Below, one piece after another: positions 59,523 through 64,000 of a stretch of DNA of 64,000 nucleotides. This stretch comes from Candidatus Poribacteria bacterium. GTDB taxonomy: Bacteria; Poribacteria; WGA-4E; WGA-3G. Both the position numbers and the translations under genes were made by a program. The stretch covers positions 82,741 through 146,740 of the forward strand of contig CAXXUA010000007.1 in the NCBI GenBank assembly GCA_963663765.2, in the 5' to 3' direction. Below the pieces are notes generated by a model. That model was not told the origin of the DNA. It did not search any database and saw only the letters and a program-made list of their open reading frames with translations. Positions within the stretch are counted from its first letter, which is position 1, and each line of letters starts with the position of its first letter.

Positions 59523-59942
59523 ATGCTAAAATTATCGTATCCTACCGTTGACATTGCTATCACCTGTAGCAATTTTGATGAGTCATTTGACTTTTACCAT
59601 AACAAGTTGGGTTTTGAAATTGTGTTAGACCTTGAGATTCCAACTGAACTTGCAATAGGTGTTGGCCTTGCACCAACAGGATTTAGACAGGTTCGTCTTA
59701 AAGCTGGGAATACGCTTATTAAACTGATGGAAATTGAAAACCCACCTAAGCCTTCCACTGATGAGTTTTCTGCTGGAGTCCGGTGGCTTACCTTTTTTGT
59801 TGAGGATATTCATTATTCCATAGAAAACCTGAATCAGAATGGAGTCGAATTCCTGTCTGAACCCATAAGTGCACCTGATGCAGCAGGTGTCGTATGTACG
59901 AAAGATCCTGATGGTATACTAATTGAACTTGTTCAAGTATGA
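59523..59942 (+). CDS. VOC/glyoxalase-family protein
   Basis: FYHNKLGF, DPDGILIELVQ. Confidence 0.88.
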   Translation: MLKLSYPTVDIAITCSNFDESFDFYHNKLGFEIVLDLEIPTELAIGVGLAPTGFRQVRLKAGNTLIKLMEIENPPKPSTDEFSAGVRWLTFFVEDIHYSIENLNQNGVEFLSEPISAPDAAGVVCTKDPDGILIELVQV

Positions 59943-59950
59943 GAGGTAAT

Positions 59951-60820
59951 ATGAAGAGTTTAAATGAAGCACAAATACATGACTTTTACGAATATGGTTA
60001 TTTACTGATTGAAGATGCGCTTGCTCCAGAAGACTTAAAACCACTCATGACTGAATTTGAAGCGATTGTAGACGAAGGTGCAGCGCAGCTTTATGCGGAT
60101 GGTGAAATTGACTCCGAATTCAAGTCTGAAGGTTTTGATACACGATTAGCAAAAATTACTGAACAATCTAATGCCGTTTTCCAAAGAGTGTTTAGTGGTG
60201 TTCACACCGGACCCGCACTTTTCGATCTGCTTGTAAATACAAAACTGCTTGACATTGCAGAGTCACTTGTCGGATCCGAGATTATGTGTCACCCTGCCTA
60301 CCGTGTCAGACCTAAATTACCAGAATATGAACGAACACTTGTCCCATGGCATCAAGATGCAGGATATATGGAACCAAAATGTGATTCAGTTCTGCAACTT
60401 ACAATCTGGATTCCGTTAATTGATGCAACCGTTGAAAACGGCTGCCTTGAAGTTATACCCCATGCACATCGTGCCGGTGTTTTCCAACATCGTCACTCAG
60501 CACGTTTTTATCTTGAAATTCCTGAAGATAAATTACCCGATGTGGATCCTGTTATCGTACCTATAAAGTTCGGTAGTGTCTTATTGCTTACCAATCTTAC
60601 TCCGCACCGCTCCATTCCTAATGTCAGCAATCAGGTGCGATGGAGTGTTGATGCACGTTATCAAGATGCTGCACAACCAACTGGTTATCAACCTGAAGCT
60701 GGATTTCTCGCAAGAAGTAAACTGAATCCTGATGCAGTCGTTACCACAACTGAGGAGTTTAAGCAGATTCGAGATCAGCACCAACCCGGACCCGGTCCAA
60801 ATCGGTGGGTGAATAAATAG
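59951..60820 (+). CDS. PhyH-family dioxygenase
   Basis: PWHQD, ENGCL, HRSIPN..RWS.D.RY. Confidence 0.9.
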   Translation: MKSLNEAQIHDFYEYGYLLIEDALAPEDLKPLMTEFEAIVDEGAAQLYADGEIDSEFKSEGFDTRLAKITEQSNAVFQRVFSGVHTGPALFDLLVNTKLLDIAESLVGSEIMCHPAYRVRPKLPEYERTLVPWHQDAGYMEPKCDSVLQLTIWIPLIDATVENGCLEVIPHAHRAGVFQHRHSARFYLEIPEDKLPDVDPVIVPIKFGSVLLLTNLTPHRSIPNVSNQVRWSVDARYQDAAQPTGYQPEAGFLARSKLNPDAVVTTTEEFKQIRDQHQPGPGPNRWVNK

Positions 60821-61022
60821 TAAGGTGATATCTGAGCCTCCCTCAATTAGTTTGAGTATTACGGTTAACAAAATGTATTGTAGGAATCCATGCATACTCA
60901 CGTAACTCATAGCAATTAATGAACGTAATACTTTTTATACCGAACCTTTTTTGACATAATTAGTCAAAAGTAAAAAACAAAGACAAGACACAATTACAGA
61001 TTAATGAGACAAGGAGAAAAGC

Positions 61023-61364
61023 ATGAAAACCCAAATACGCGAGAAAGATGGCATCACGATTATAGAACCCGTTGGGAAAATCATTGGTACGTCCGCAGCA
61101 AAATTCAAACAGACAATCTCTCCACTGATAGAAGCTTCAAATAAACCGCGCATTCTCATCAATTTTGAGGGGGTTGATAAGATGGACAGTTCGGGACTCG
61201 CTATACTTATCGGTGCGTATGTAGAAGCAACACAAAAACAGGGTCGGATAGGGATCATACATGTAGATAAAAATATTAAAAACTTGATTATTATTAGTAA
61301 GCTTGTTAGACACTTTGAACAATTCAACACAGAAGAAGATGCGCTCTCTGCATTATCAGATTAA
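61023..61364 (+). CDS. STAS-domain anti-sigma factor antagonist
   Basis: MDSSGL phosphoacceptor motif; downstream hairpin at 61380-61414. Confidence 0.88.
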   Translation: MKTQIREKDGITIIEPVGKIIGTSAAKFKQTISPLIEASNKPRILINFEGVDKMDSSGLAILIGAYVEATQKQGRIGIIHVDKNIKNLIIISKLVRHFEQFNTEEDALSALSD

Positions 61365-61482
61365 TTGAAACATACCTATTTGGTGTGAACATAGTTATTA
61401 CTGTGTTCACGCTAAATGTTTTTATTTGTCGAATATTTTGTATTTTTAACTTTCTCTTTCTATCTTCCCACCAGAATTCTCC

Positions 61483-61511
61483 TTGACAAAATTATATTCA
61501 AAAAATAGAAT
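61483..61511 (+). promoter_or_regulatory. sigma70 promoter
   Basis: TTGACA-N17-TAGAAT. Confidence 0.6.
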
Positions 61512-61554
61512 TGACAGCATGCCATAAACTACTGAAAAAAATAAAGGATGACGC

Positions 61555-62749
61555 ATGCAAACCCGTCCTAAAATTGCTGTAATTGCAACGATTTACCACA
61601 AATACTCACATGCGCAACACATCGTTGATCGGTTTTTGGAAGGATATGGATGGAATAGCAAACACCATTATCCACCAATGGACCTCGTCTCGTTATACGT
61701 TGAACAGGTTAAGGACAACGATCTAAGCAAAAATAGATTAGATCGATTTCCTACAATTAAGGGATATCCGACAATTGCAGAAGCGTTGACACTTGGTGGT
61801 GAGAAATTGTCGGTTGATGGTGTTTTGCTCATCGGGGAACACGGTGACTATCCAAGCAATGAAAAAGGACAACGTCTCTATCCGCGATATGAACATTTTA
61901 TGCAGATGATTGAGATTTTTGAACGAAGCGAACGCAGTGTGCCTGTATTCATTGATAAGCACCTATCATGGAATTGGGAGTGGGCGCGTGAGATGTACGA
62001 CATTTCTCAAGAAATGGGTTTTGCTTTTATGGCGGGGTCATCTCTACCTGTTACGTGGCGCACTCCCTCTATCGACATGCCACTCGGAGTTCCTGTCTCA
62101 GAAGCAGTTTGTGTCGGTTATGGTGGTGTGGATAGTTACGATTTCCACGCATTAGAAACGTTGCAATGCATGGTAGAACGACGCGAAGGTGGAGAAAGAG
62201 GCGTGAAAATGGCTACAAGCATACCGTGGTGATGCTTTTTGGAAGGCACATCATGCTGAACTTTGGTCGCGAGAACTCTTTGAATCTGCACTGTGCCGCA
62301 GTCATACGCTTACTCCTTCTCGACCTGGATTTAACAATCCATTTCCCACTTTGAACGAAATGAAGGAGATTGTGAAAGACCCAATTGTATATCACTACGA
62401 ACATAGGGATGGATTAAAGTCTACCATGATTTTGATGAATGGATTGGTACAGGATTTCAACTTTGCTGCCTATGTAGGAGCAGAGAACGATGTCCTATCA
62501 ACACAGATGTATCTCCCAATGCCACCCGCACGAACAACTTTAGCAAACTTCTTCTCACCGTTGGTTAATATTATTGAGCAAATGTTCTTGACAGGTGAAG
62601 CAATCTATCCTGTGGAACGCACTTTACTGACAACAGGACTTGTTACTGCAGGGGTTGACAGTCTTTATGCCAACGGTTCAAAGCAATCTACTCCACATTT
62701 AGACATAGCTTATCAGCCAACAGAAGAATCAACCTTCTGGAGGACATGA
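61555..62749 (+). pseudogene. frameshifted paralog of 62754-63929 (true pseudogene or sequencing error)
   Basis: one extra A in GTGAAAATGG (about 62206-62209) separates ORF 61555 from the frame of 62351-62749; removing it joins them. Confidence 0.75.
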
Positions 62750-62753
62750 AGAT

Positions 62754-63929
62754 ATGAAACGAATTGCTGTTATTACGACTATATATCGTTACCTGTCACA
62801 TGCCCAACATTTCACCGATAGATTTCTCGTCGGCTATCCTAAAGCAGGTAAGTGGCATCATCCCAATATGAAAGTCGTTTCTCTCTATGTTGACCAGAAA
62901 CCAGAAGGAGATCAGAGCGAAGACCGTGCAAAAGAATTCGGTTTTTCAGTTTACCCTACTATTGCACAAGCACTCCGTTGTGGTGGGGATAAACTTGCTG
63001 TGGATGCAGTTCTATTGATTGGTGAGCACGGTGATTATCCTCAAAATGAATTGAGTCAAATTTTGTATCCACGTTACGAGTTTTTCAAGGAATGCGTTCA
63101 GGTCTTTGAAGAGGATGGTTGTGCCGTACCTATCTTCAATGACAAACACCTTTCCTACAGTTTTGAAAAAGCAAAGGAGATGGTGGATGATGCACATCGT
63201 CTCAGCTTTGGTTTGTTTGCAGGTTCCTCGCTGCCTGTCACTTGGCGATTACCAGATGTTGAATTGCCGTTGGAGTGTGATTTAGAAGACGTTCTCATGA
63301 TAGGTGTTGGTGGATCGGACCCGATGGATTATCACGCTTTAGAGGCGATGCAATGTATGGTTGAACGCAGAAAAGGTGGTGAAACTGGAGTTGCATCTGT
63401 CCAACTGGTTGATGGTGAAGATGTCTGGCAAGCTGGACAAAATGGACGTTGGTCTATGGAATTGTTGGAGGCAGCACTTTCACGAAGCGATACACCATGC
63501 GGTTTAACTGAAGAAGATGGCAGAACACAAGATATGGTTAGAAATAGAGAATTACAAATACTTGTGCAGAACCCATCTGCGTATTTTATTGAATATAACG
63601 ATGGATTCAAAGCAACACTTCTGATGTTGAACGGTGCAATAAAGGATTATTGCTTTGCAGCAAAACTACAAGGTGAATCGGTACCAGTATCAACACAATT
63701 CTTCCTAACACCAACACCGAACGTCACCTATTCTGCGTGTCTCATAGCAAAGATTGAAGAACTTTTTGAAACAGGTGTAGCACCGTATCCAGCGGATAGA
63801 ACATTATTAGTAAGTGGGGTATTGGAAAGTTGTCTTACATCACGCCATCAAGGAAACAAACGTATTGAAACTCCCCATCTCAATGTCACATACAAAGCAC
63901 CAACTAAATCACAACATGCAAGCAGTTAA
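62754..63929 (+). CDS. conserved uncharacterised Rossmann-like (oxidoreductase-like) protein
   Basis: SHAQHF.DRFL.GY, IGEHGDYP, DKHLS, AGSSLP, YHALE..QCMVERR. Confidence 0.7.
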   Translation: MKRIAVITTIYRYLSHAQHFTDRFLVGYPKAGKWHHPNMKVVSLYVDQKPEGDQSEDRAKEFGFSVYPTIAQALRCGGDKLAVDAVLLIGEHGDYPQNELSQILYPRYEFFKECVQVFEEDGCAVPIFNDKHLSYSFEKAKEMVDDAHRLSFGLFAGSSLPVTWRLPDVELPLECDLEDVLMIGVGGSDPMDYHALEAMQCMVERRKGGETGVASVQLVDGEDVWQAGQNGRWSMELLEAALSRSDTPCGLTEEDGRTQDMVRNRELQILVQNPSAYFIEYNDGFKATLLMLNGAIKDYCFAAKLQGESVPVSTQFFLTPTPNVTYSACLIAKIEELFETGVAPYPADRTLLVSGVLESCLTSRHQGNKRIETPHLNVTYKAPTKSQHASS

Positions 63930-64000
63930 CACATTCTATATCATTTCTCTGTATTTTAACATAACATTCTATTTGTTTCCTTCAGGGTTATTCAGTTTTA

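Overview
Low-GC bacterial chromosomal window. The gene content (four PhyH-type dioxygenases, six WD40 proteins, a LamG protein ending in a KxATTWGxIK tail, C-type-lectin fusions, a sulfatase-like gene) is most consistent with Candidatus Poribacteria or a similar sponge-associated lineage; this is an inference. Metabolic and housekeeping genes include a GT3-type glycogen synthase, a GH13_8-type branching enzyme, Rieske plus cytochrome b, ftsY, and an operon with a LolA-like protein, FtsX permeases and an ABC ATPase. There are four complete IS elements (IS5, IS701, two IS630) with visible ends, a decayed higB, an orphan ThsB-like TIR gene, a HEPN/coiled-coil/RecJ-C-like protein and a five-gene secreted WD40 array. 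The most striking feature is non-coding: the intergenic regions are nested stacks of REP-like hairpins and at least six MITE families. They include a ~35-45 bp asymmetric micro-element (CAAATCAA[GAAATCAA]C plus a GAATGC..GCATTC hairpin). It is found 10 times in the first 25 kb, lacks terminal inverted repeats, and sits at C^G steps inside other repeats, with matching empty host sites in the same window. An orphan sigma54 promoter lies divergent from a sensor-less sigma54 activator and is followed by a three-hairpin, G.U-rich candidate RNA. No rRNA, tRNA or CRISPR array was seen. All calls were made by eye, without database searches.
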